A DNA stretch of 64,000 nucleotides from Candidatus Zhuqueibacterota bacterium (lineage in GTDB: Bacteria; Zhuqueibacterota; Zhuqueibacteria; Thermofontimicrobiales; Thermofontimicrobiaceae): positions 1 to 64,000 of the forward strand of contig JBMOPW010000011.1 in assembly GCA_049322915.1 (NCBI GenBank), given 5' to 3'. Shown here piece by piece: positions 25,681-34,195 of the stretch. Made by a program: the position numbers and the translations under genes. Under the pieces are notes generated by a model. It made no database searches. It was not told the origin of the DNA and saw nothing but the letters and a program-made list of their open reading frames with translations. Within the stretch, counting starts at the first letter, position 1; each line of letters starts with the position of its first letter.

Positions 25681-28581
25681 TTAAAATCCCATCTGAACGC
25701 CCAATCGAACTGAACGGGGTCCGGAATAATAACCAGGCCGGGTCAGAAAATCATCCAGATAATGCCGGCCAAATTCATCGCCGTGGTCAGTGTTGGGATA
25801 CAGCGCATAGGTGGCCCGACCGGTATCTGAATACACGTACAGTTCATTGAGTCGGTCGAACAGGTTGTAAATTTTCAAAAACAGTACCATGTGCATTTTA
25901 TCAGAGAGATAAAAATCCTTGTGCGCGTGCAGATCGACCTCAATATTGGACGGTTTGCGTTCGCTGTTCTCAGCATCGACGCGGATGGCGTCGCGGGTTG
26001 GCGTGTATGGCAGGCCGGAGCCGATTCTTCCCAACAGGCTGAATCCCCAATCTTTGGGTTTGCTCACGGTTACCGAGAAATTCAAGGTATGCGTCTGATC
26101 CCAATCCAGAGGGACAACGCGCTTTTCCGTCTCTTCCGGCGGCACGGTTTGCAAATCATAGAATCGGGATAATGGGTCCGAAGAATTGCCTTCGGCGACC
26201 GAGTAGGTGTAATCGATTGAGCCGGAGATATAATTCGAGCGTCGTTTTTCTAGCGACAGCGTAACGCCTTTCACATTGCCAAAATCGACGGTGGCATAGC
26301 GGCTGTAATAATCGCCCCGTGTGTACAGCTCAAATATTTCCGTTCCCAACCAGTCTTTGATGTCTTTATAAAAACAAATGGCTTCCAGGCCAATGAACTC
26401 TGCGACCTGCTGCTGCAACCCAATTTCGTAGATCACTGTTTGTTGAGGATTCAGATCAGCATTGCCCAATACACTGTTGAAGCGGCCGCTGATGACCTCA
26501 AATTCCGGATTTGAATAAAGATAAGCGAATGGCGGAATCTGGAAGAAATGACCATACGAAAAGTGAATTGTGCCCTGATCCGTGATGGGATAGGCAACTC
26601 CCAACCGCGGGCTGACCTGATGCTTAACAGTGGCATCTTTTAATGCCAGATCATCCAGGGACGTCCGATTACCAGGGACAAGACGGCGGTCGCTGTTATC
26701 CTCAACCACCTTCCACGCGGAATTGAAATAATCGTAGCGCAGACCGACATTGACGATCATGTCTTTCAGTTCGATTTTGTCCTGAATATAAGCAGCTAAT
26801 TCTTTGGGATAGCGCCGATACTGATCGTTACCGGTGCTGGTCAGGGGCGTATAAATTTGGGGCATCCAGTTGGTTGTCTCGCTGATGTCGATGTAATAAC
26901 TATGGTAGAACAGTTCGTGGTATCGGCCTTCGAGACCCAATTTGAACTGATGCGTTTTGTTGAATTGGTTAGTGATATCAAATCGCAGCACACTTGTCTT
27001 GGAATTTCGATAGGTATGGGTTTTGCTCTGACCACCGCCGTAAAACTCATTGCCCGGGGTGCTGGAGATCAGAATGGTCGGAAGATAGCGTGGGTCGCGC
27101 CAGTCTTCGTACAGGTACTCTTTAAAATCATTTTCGTAGTGGGCGACTTTTATTTCATAGAACGCACTCTGTGCAAGCTGATGCGTCATGTCCAGTTTAT
27201 GCGATATGCTCGATTGGTAAGTCGTTGGAGTTCCGTCCGGATTGTACTTGAAATAATGGCTGTAATCTTTATGTTCAATATCATCCATCAGGAGGTTATA
27301 CCGGAAAATTAAGTTCGATGAGAGCCGATAGGTCATTTTCGCCTGGCCGGAAAATTTCCGGTACGGATTCATAGGCACCAGTTTATTGTCCCCGCTGAAG
27401 CCGTTATCGCGAATCCCATCCCGGTCGAAATCTCTGTATGGCTCTGTATCGCTGAAACGGCTATTGCCATCAAGGTCTTCGTACGCCTCGCCGTAATCCC
27501 ATGCGCCGTTGTTATTGGCGTCAGTGTACGGCTCAGCCAGATCATGGACGCCGTTATTGTTCCAGTCTGTGAATGGCTCCAGGAAATTAAGTCGGCCATC
27601 GTTGTACGGCGTGCGCGCTAAAATATCGGCGGAGGCTTCATCCACGTAAATTGCATCGCCGACTGCATGCTCACGCTTTCCGTACAGATAGCCGTTTTCA
27701 TCGTAATAACGGCCAGAGACAAAGAAAGAAAATTTATCGCCGGCAAAAGGCAACGGACCATCGAGACTGAAATCGAAGTTTTTTTGGCTGAATGGATCGA
27801 CATCATCCACATTGAGAAAAATATCTGTGTGGTCGCTCAACCGATCGCCCATATACGCGGAGAAATTTCCATGATAGTCCCGGCCACCTTCTTTGGTGAC
27901 AATATTCACCACACCGGACATGGCCTGACCGTATTCGGCATTGAACGTGCCGCTGACGACCTGCAATTCCTGGATGGCGGTATTTTCCACTTCGACTGCC
28001 ATGCCGCCCCAAAAGGGGTTAGAAACGGAGATGCCATCGATCATGTAGGCAATTTCATTGGCGCGACCGCCTCGGATGTGCATTGCGCCATCCGCGCCGG
28101 TCGTCACACCGGCTTTGGTCGATAAGACGCCGCGGAACGATTCCACTGGCATCTCTTTAATTTCAGATGACGTAACAATGGCGCGACCAGAAGTCAAGTC
28201 TTTCTGAACGATCGGGCGCTCGGCAATGATCACAACCTCTTCACCCAGGTCGACGACCGACTGTGACAGTTTGAAATTTATCTCAGAGGTCAATCCCACC
28301 CGCACCAGCACTTCCTTTTGCACCATGGTTGTGTAGCCCATCATCGACGCCCGGACGCTATAGGTTCCCGGCGGCACATTGATGATGTAATAGTAACCAT
28401 CCAAAGTAGTTGATGCGCCCATCATTGTGCCGTCAATGATGACATTAGCCCCCGGAAGCGGATCTCCGCTTTCGGCATCAACGACGAGGCCGCTGATCTT
28501 ACCAGTAACGTCTCCCAACACCATCATTGGGATCAACATGAGACAGATAAGGGACAAGACAATAACCTGTTTAGCAATCAA
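25681..28581 (-). CDS. TonB-dependent receptor with DxNxNG repeat insertion, module 1
   Basis: TTG start with GGAGGG; TGKISG, HIRGGRANE, SGTFNAEYGQAMSG, SPRLGVAYP, C-terminal Phe. Confidence 0.9.
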   Translation of the reverse strand: MIAKQVIVLSLICLMLIPMMVLGDVTGKISGLVVDAESGDPLPGANVIIDGTMMGASTTLDGYYYIINVPPGTYSVRASMMGYTTMVQKEVLVRVGLTSEINFKLSQSVVDLGEEVVIIAERPIVQKDLTSGRAIVTSSEIKEMPVESFRGVLSTKAGVTTGADGAMHIRGGRANEIAYMIDGISVSNPFWGGMAVEVENTAIQELQVVSGTFNAEYGQAMSGVVNIVTKEGGRDYHGNFSAYMGDRLSDHTDIFLNVDDVDPFSQKNFDFSLDGPLPFAGDKFSFFVSGRYYDENGYLYGKREHAVGDAIYVDEASADILARTPYNDGRLNFLEPFTDWNNNGVHDLAEPYTDANNNGAWDYGEAYEDLDGNSRFSDTEPYRDFDRDGIRDNGFSGDNKLVPMNPYRKFSGQAKMTYRLSSNLIFRYNLLMDDIEHKDYSHYFKYNPDGTPTTYQSSISHKLDMTHQLAQSAFYEIKVAHYENDFKEYLYEDWRDPRYLPTILISSTPGNEFYGGGQSKTHTYRNSKTSVLRFDITNQFNKTHQFKLGLEGRYHELFYHSYYIDISETTNWMPQIYTPLTSTGNDQYRRYPKELAAYIQDKIELKDMIVNVGLRYDYFNSAWKVVEDNSDRRLVPGNRTSLDDLALKDATVKHQVSPRLGVAYPITDQGTIHFSYGHFFQIPPFAYLYSNPEFEVISGRFNSVLGNADLNPQQTVIYEIGLQQQVAEFIGLEAICFYKDIKDWLGTEIFELYTRGDYYSRYATVDFGNVKGVTLSLEKRRSNYISGSIDYTYSVAEGNSSDPLSRFYDLQTVPPEETEKRVVPLDWDQTHTLNFSVTVSKPKDWGFSLLGRIGSGLPYTPTRDAIRVDAENSERKPSNIEVDLHAHKDFYLSDKMHMVLFLKIYNLFDRLNELYVYSDTGRATYALYPNTDHGDEFGRHYLDDFLTRPGYYSGPRSVRLGVQMGF

Positions 28582-28988
28582 TGGTACCCTCCATATTATT
28601 TGGCTCGATTGGTTTGATTGTGACTGAATGAAATGAATGAAGAGAGTGGCATTGCGTCATCCCACATTCTTTAATATCTCCCCGACGATCGTCATTTACT
28701 CAGGTAGGAGATGGCATCAATAGAACTGGCTTTCATTCAAACACAAAACAGATTTAGGAACAACTTGTTTCTTTGCAATGGACTGGTATTCTGTAAATGA
28801 ATCTATGATTAAATTCGATTCGATTCAAGGAGCGGGAAAAAGTAACTAAAGAAAGAGATTGATTTATGGATTAATTATCTCAAAACAAGATTTCAGATGT
28901 GCTGAAATGACTGATTCCTTGTTAAATTAATTCAATCATGGAGTTCGGGCTAATGTATTATTTTATTTCATACCCGTTTAAGGGAAGC

Positions 28989-29017
28989 AATTTAACAAAT
29001 GAATTCAACTTTGTCAA
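28989..29017 (-). promoter_or_regulatory. Sigma70-type promoter for the TBDR operon
   Basis: Minus strand TTGACA (29017-29012), 17-bp spacer ending TGT, then TAAATT (extended -10). Confidence 0.6.
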
Positions 29018-29057
29018 GTAAAAAAATTACCTGATTTTAATTTTAAAAATTTTTCAT

Positions 29058-29086
29058 TTGACATTTATATTTTTTTTTATTATAAT
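29058..29086 (+). promoter_or_regulatory. Consensus sigma70 promoter for 29342-32317
   Basis: TTGACA (29058-29063), 17 bp, TATAAT (29081-29086). Confidence 0.8.
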
Positions 29087-29341
29087 TTCATGTTATATTT
29101 AGACATGTTCATTCACACGACTGGCTTATCTCTTTTAAAATTAACTATTCTATCCATAGGATATAAGTTTTTATTACCACCCCATTTTCATCATTGGACA
29201 TACGTTCACATTTTCTTACTATTTTCAAACATATCAACAAGCATCTCACGAGTAGCAGTACGAAAGAGGAGGTGATCGAGCTTTTATAATTTGTGGTCGA
29301 ATTAATCAATTAATTAATCAACAAATTTTAGGAGGTTCGTA

Positions 29342-32317
29342 ATGTCTTTCAAAAAGTTACTGGTTTTGATCGTGGCCTCGTTGCTGGTATTATCTTCTAT
29401 TAATGCCTGGGCGACTGAGGAAGGTGAAAACAAATTCCGTCTAAGTTGGTCCTCTCAGAAAGTTGATTTCCCGGCTGGTATTCCCTACACCCTCTGGGAT
29501 TCAAAAACCCTTCCGGATTATAACAACAATGGCAAGAACGAATTGTTCTGCGCGGCGGATGACCCGGTCGGTGGCGCCTGGTACTTTGTTGTTGAAGCAA
29601 CTGCCAACGATGAGTACGAAGTGGTCTGGTACTACTTCATCGAAAACTGCGTCTACAGCTACGTTCTGTTCGGAACTCAGGAGAATGCAAGCCCGTTAGC
29701 AGATCTCGATGCCGATGGTCTGCCAGAATTGATCGCCGGCGTGCAGCAAACTGCCGGCAGCGGCTATGCCGGTCTCTGGATTTGGGAGAAAGACACCACC
29801 ATCACCGATGCCTATCCATTCCCGATGGACATGCCCACTTGCACCTACGATGTCAATGGCAATGGCGGCGGTATCACCATGGTGTTCGCCGGCCAGCTTG
29901 ATGGTGACATCCAGACAGAGTTGGTCATCGGTGAAACCCATGACGACGTCGTTTGGGTCGTTGAAGAGACAAGCGGCGATCTGGCTTTCCCGACCTTCGA
30001 AGTCGAATATACGGACACACTCGTCTACACGCCGTGGGGTTATTACTTTGGCGACCTGGACAACGACGGCATGAAAGATTTCGGCGTTGGCACTACTGAT
30101 TTCAACGGTATTCGTCTCTACGAAAATTCCGGTGTGGAAGACGATTACATCAAACATTTTGAATTACATCTCGATGACGATGTCGATGGCTACTGCCTGC
30201 GAGGCATGGGAGCCAGAGACATCAACGGCGATAGCCGCGGCGAAATCATCTATGTCAGAAACGATGCCCCTGGCAAAGTATACCTCGTCACCAACCCCGG
30301 TGAAATTGCTTTGATCGACTCCAATCATGTGCATGAACTTTATGTCAACCCTGAAGGCTTCAGCCTCTCGGGCGTTGCCTATGGCGATATGGATCATGGC
30401 TTCGGCAGCGATGGGTCTGACATCTATTTCATCGCTTCCTCCAATAAGATCATCGATCTGGAATATACCGGCCCGGTCGGTGAAACCGTACCTAATGAAG
30501 CACTTGCAGATCCGGCCAATTGGCAGACCTATGAACTGTATACCAATGCCAACCAGGATATGCAGCACCTCAGCATCAGCGATTTCGATCGCGATGGTGA
30601 AGGTGAAGTTGCCATCGTCTACGCCGGTTCCGGCGATGAAAATTATGTGCAAATCATCGAGCACGAAATGCTGCCCGATGCCGGTTTCGAAGTCATGTGG
30701 CACGATGACTCCACCTCCGTTCTGACCGTGGATCCGGTTCACAGCAATCCTCGCGGTATTTTCGCTGGCTCCGACGTGGACCAGGATGGAAAACCGGAAA
30801 TCATGTGTACTGAATACGAAGGCATATTCCATGTGTACGAAGTTGTCGCCGACAATACCGTGGAATGGGTATTTTCCTATAAGACCCCCCACGCGCCGGC
30901 TTCCGGCTCGCAACCTCGTGGCATAGGTGTTTCGGATATGGACGGCAACGGCAAGCAGGAAATCATCGTTCACATGGGTGCCCTGGCCGCTGGTCTGACT
31001 GCAAAACCGGACAGCATCGGCTTCTATTTCTTCGAATGGGATGGCGTCACGGATAACGGTTTTGGCATCAGTGGCGGACCTACCTACATTCTCCCTGCGA
31101 CCGAAATCGATCCGCGTTTGACGCGTACCGAACGTACCGAAGACGTCTATTTTGACGATGTCGACAATGATGGCCATATCGAAGCGTTGTGGCCGTGTAA
31201 TGCCGGAGCGAATGCCGGTGATGGTCTGTACATTTTCTCATGCGTGGACGGCGAATTGACCGGCTTCCCGACATGGAAAGTTGAACTGGCCCTGCACCGC
31301 GGTTCAGGCGAAATGACCGGCTCACCCCAGATCGCCATTACGGCTGACCTGAATGGCAACGGCCAAAAAGAAGCTATTTTTGCTACATGGAACAATGGCC
31401 AGATTAATTTTTATGAAGCCACTGCGCCGGATACCTACGAAGAAACAATTGTCTTCACCGACATCACGTTGACCGACGAAACAGTTTATCGCGGTATTGG
31501 CGTCACGGATATCGACGGCAATGGCGATGATGAATTGGTCTTCAATTCCTACTGGAATGCCACGATCTACATCATCAATGCGCCGGATAGCATTAAAAAT
31601 ATCAATATTGCTAATCCCGATCATTACGCCTGGTTGCGCGATGATGCAGGTGGCTCCGGCTTGACAGGTTGCCTGGCCGATCAAAACCAGAACGAATTGC
31701 CAGAATTTTACGTCACGCTCTATACCCGCGGCGCTGTCCGCGCCTTAGAGTACAATGGCAGCGGCGCCGATATGATGGCCCAGGAAAGCTGGACCATGAA
31801 AGAAGTCTATGTCGACCGCGATTTCATGTACGGCAATAAATATTCAATCGGCGTTGTCTCCGCTGTCCACGGTTCCTTTGGTGTGTACGCTCCGAATGGC
31901 GACCTCGATGGCGATGGCAAAAAAGAAGTTGTTGTATCGATGATTGAATCGCCCTATTCCGACACATGGCTCTATGTGTTCGAACATACTGGCAGTGATG
32001 GCGTTTCCGAAGAAACCTGGAAAGTCATCACCCCCAGCGATTACAAACTCGCTCAGAACTATCCCAATCCATTTAACCCGATCACGACCATCGAGTACAC
32101 CATTCCTCTCGATAAACGCGTCACGGTTAAAATTTACAACATGATGGGACAGGAAGTAAGAACATTGGTCAATGATCAATTCCAACCCCAGGGCACCCAT
32201 AAGGTCGTTTGGGACGGCACCAACAATCTTGGCAAAGCCGTCGCTACCGGCACCTATATGTACAGCCTTGAAGTCGGCAATGTCAAGCAGACCAAACGGA
32301 TGACATTGGTTAAATAA
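29342..32317 (+). CDS. Secreted FG-GAP/VCBS repeat (beta-propeller) protein with T9SS type A-like (FlgD-Ig) CTD
   Basis: AGGAGG RBS, signal peptide, many DxDxDGxxE repeats, CTD YKLAQNYPNPFNP..VWDG..VATGTYMY..KRMTLVK. Confidence 0.85.
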   Translation: MSFKKLLVLIVASLLVLSSINAWATEEGENKFRLSWSSQKVDFPAGIPYTLWDSKTLPDYNNNGKNELFCAADDPVGGAWYFVVEATANDEYEVVWYYFIENCVYSYVLFGTQENASPLADLDADGLPELIAGVQQTAGSGYAGLWIWEKDTTITDAYPFPMDMPTCTYDVNGNGGGITMVFAGQLDGDIQTELVIGETHDDVVWVVEETSGDLAFPTFEVEYTDTLVYTPWGYYFGDLDNDGMKDFGVGTTDFNGIRLYENSGVEDDYIKHFELHLDDDVDGYCLRGMGARDINGDSRGEIIYVRNDAPGKVYLVTNPGEIALIDSNHVHELYVNPEGFSLSGVAYGDMDHGFGSDGSDIYFIASSNKIIDLEYTGPVGETVPNEALADPANWQTYELYTNANQDMQHLSISDFDRDGEGEVAIVYAGSGDENYVQIIEHEMLPDAGFEVMWHDDSTSVLTVDPVHSNPRGIFAGSDVDQDGKPEIMCTEYEGIFHVYEVVADNTVEWVFSYKTPHAPASGSQPRGIGVSDMDGNGKQEIIVHMGALAAGLTAKPDSIGFYFFEWDGVTDNGFGISGGPTYILPATEIDPRLTRTERTEDVYFDDVDNDGHIEALWPCNAGANAGDGLYIFSCVDGELTGFPTWKVELALHRGSGEMTGSPQIAITADLNGNGQKEAIFATWNNGQINFYEATAPDTYEETIVFTDITLTDETVYRGIGVTDIDGNGDDELVFNSYWNATIYIINAPDSIKNINIANPDHYAWLRDDAGGSGLTGCLADQNQNELPEFYVTLYTRGAVRALEYNGSGADMMAQESWTMKEVYVDRDFMYGNKYSIGVVSAVHGSFGVYAPNGDLDGDGKKEVVVSMIESPYSDTWLYVFEHTGSDGVSEETWKVITPSDYKLAQNYPNPFNPITTIEYTIPLDKRVTVKIYNMMGQEVRTLVNDQFQPQGTHKVVWDGTNNLGKAVATGTYMYSLEVGNVKQTKRMTLVK

Positions 32318-32333
32318 TCTCTGCTGATTTTCA

Positions 32334-32369
32334 GAAAAACCCCGCTCCAATTTTTGGGCGGGGTTTTTC
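32334..32369 (+). terminator. Intrinsic terminator
   Basis: GAAAAACCCCGCTC-loop-GGGCGGGGTTTTTC followed by ATTTT. Confidence 0.8.
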
Positions 32370-32440
32370 ATTTTAATGCATTCACAGCATTCTTTGAGTT
32401 GCAATACTTGATGACACTCCCCCAGCTTACAGGAGAGAAA

Positions 32441-33175
32441 ATGTTCACCATCTCTTTCACCCACTCAATTTCGTTCCGGCGTTTTTTCAGCCGAATCCAG
32501 TTGTGGATTGTCCTGACAGCGCTGCTGCCCGGCTGCCATACTGGCGCTGACATTTACCCGGAGCATCTGTTGGCGCATCGCGCCAAACGCATCGCCCAAT
32601 TCAAACAGGAAAATGCCCATCTCTCAGCGCCGAAGACCATCATCCTTTTAGGCGACTCCATCACCGAGGGGTTCGATGCAGCGCGCTATTTTCCATCGCT
32701 GCCCATTTTGAATCGGGGCATTGTGGCCGACCACACCGGCATCGAGGGCTCAGGCGTGCTGCAGCGGCTGGACGAATCGATTTACCAATGTCGGCCGCGC
32801 GCTGTTTTTCTGATGATTGGCGTCAACGATCTCGCGGACAAGAAGTATCGTCCCCGGCAGATTGCCGCCGGCGCCGAGAAAATCATTCAAAAAATCCACC
32901 GCTTCGATCCATCCATCGCAGTCTATTTGCAGTCCGCTCTGCCGGCGACAGGGAAATACGCCCATCTCAATTCCCTCATTGTGGAATACAACCGGCGCCT
33001 GATCCTCATCGCCGCTGAGACGCACGTCGAGTTCATCGACCTCCACGCTCAATTCGTCGACGATTCCGGCCAATTGAAAGCTGAATACTCCCGCGATGGC
33101 ATTCATCTGACCGACGCCGGGTACGACGCCTGGAAGCAGATCGTCCTGCCCCTTTTGCAGCAAGTCCTTCAGTAA
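32441..33175 (+). CDS. GDSL/SGNH-family esterase, probable lipoprotein
   Basis: GDSITEG, NRGI, IGVND and DGIH blocks; LPGC lipobox; AGGAGA RBS. Confidence 0.85.
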   Translation: MFTISFTHSISFRRFFSRIQLWIVLTALLPGCHTGADIYPEHLLAHRAKRIAQFKQENAHLSAPKTIILLGDSITEGFDAARYFPSLPILNRGIVADHTGIEGSGVLQRLDESIYQCRPRAVFLMIGVNDLADKKYRPRQIAAGAEKIIQKIHRFDPSIAVYLQSALPATGKYAHLNSLIVEYNRRLILIAAETHVEFIDLHAQFVDDSGQLKAEYSRDGIHLTDAGYDAWKQIVLPLLQQVLQ

Positions 33176-33431
33176 ATTAGCCCCCTGACCTGGTTGCGCG
33201 CGGCAATCGAACGAACGGACATGCTTTTTATTCACCGCCCTTGTCATCTGAACCGCGGATACTATTTCCCTCCGGACTCAGACTCGCGCGGTAGCCCTGC
33301 TTTGCGTCCCTTCCTCGTATCCTCTTCTGCCACACAGACCGCACCGAACCGTCGGCGCGCCTTTTTCCAGCCTGAAAAATTCCTGAATTTTCGCTTGAAA
33401 TTTTCGATTATATTGATTACCTTGTCATCTT

Positions 33432-33450
33432 GATAATAATTATCATTATT
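33432..33450. promoter_or_regulatory. Fur box
   Basis: GATAATAATTATCATTATT, 16/19 identical to GATAATGATAATCATTATC, immediately upstream of the fur-like gene. Confidence 0.75.
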
Positions 33451-33469
33451 ATTATTGATGGGAATCGCC

Positions 33470-33910
33470 ATGGTCATCAGTCTCAGGGATCAATACAGGA
33501 ATCACATTCGCGCCAATAATTTAAAATCGTCCAAGCGACGGGACCTGATATTCGAATATATTATGAACATGTCCGAACATTTCACCATCGACAGCCTGTA
33601 TTCAGCCATGTTCAGGACAAGCCCGGATATTGGCATTGCCACGGTGTACCGCACCATTCGGCTGCTGGTTGATTGCGGGATTCTTCTGGAACATTCGTTC
33701 GGTGAGAAAAAAGGATACTATGAAGTGAACCGCGTTCAATCCCGGAGCCACGGACACCTGATCTGCCGCATGTGCGGGAAAATTTCGGAATTTCAGAACG
33801 ATGATATTGTGGAATTTCAGAAGGCCATCTCGGCGCAGCAGGATTTTAAAACCGATTTTTTCAGGCTGGAAATTTATGGAATATGTCACGACTGTCGAAA
33901 ACAAAGATAG
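33470..33910 (+). CDS. fur: Fur-family metal uptake regulator
   Basis: HFT, IGIATVYRTIRLL, HGHLICRMCG, GICHDC. Confidence 0.85.
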   Translation: MVISLRDQYRNHIRANNLKSSKRRDLIFEYIMNMSEHFTIDSLYSAMFRTSPDIGIATVYRTIRLLVDCGILLEHSFGEKKGYYEVNRVQSRSHGHLICRMCGKISEFQNDDIVEFQKAISAQQDFKTDFFRLEIYGICHDCRKQR

Positions 33911-34002
33911 AGTTCGAACGAAATCTCAGCGATAATGACTTGCTCCGGGTTGTATAAATTGACGCTATCCCCTAATATAGACAAGCCGGAACTAAAAAAG
34001 AA

Positions 34003-34106
34003 ATAGAACGCTGATGACGCGGATGACGCTGATGTTCAAGGATTCTTAATCAGTGTAAAAGCGCCGCCACCTTTTTGGTGTATCATCAGCGTCATCAGTG
34101 TTCTAT
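34003..34106. repeat. Palindromic intergenic element between fur and feoB
   Basis: 24-bp arms ATAGAACGCTGATGACGCGGATGA / TCATCAGCGTCATCAGTGTTCTAT (22/24 complementary) with internal GCTGATGAC-type 9-bp units. Confidence 0.7.
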
Positions 34107-34195
34107 AAAATTTTCTGCCAAAAAAAGTCTGAAAATTATGCGTAAGATAGTAAATTGAAAATTAAGTTACTTGAACGTTACGAAAAATCAAAGCT

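Noticed and set aside
4055..28581. Classical SusC/SusD polysaccharide utilisation locus
   Set aside because: No SusD-like lipoprotein, CAZyme or sensor-regulator; the partners carry signal peptides and CTDs rather than lipoboxes.
29090..29275. 61-aa ORF in the divergent promoter region
   Set aside because: It begins at or before the predicted transcription start, has no RBS, and its composition reflects AT-rich leader DNA.
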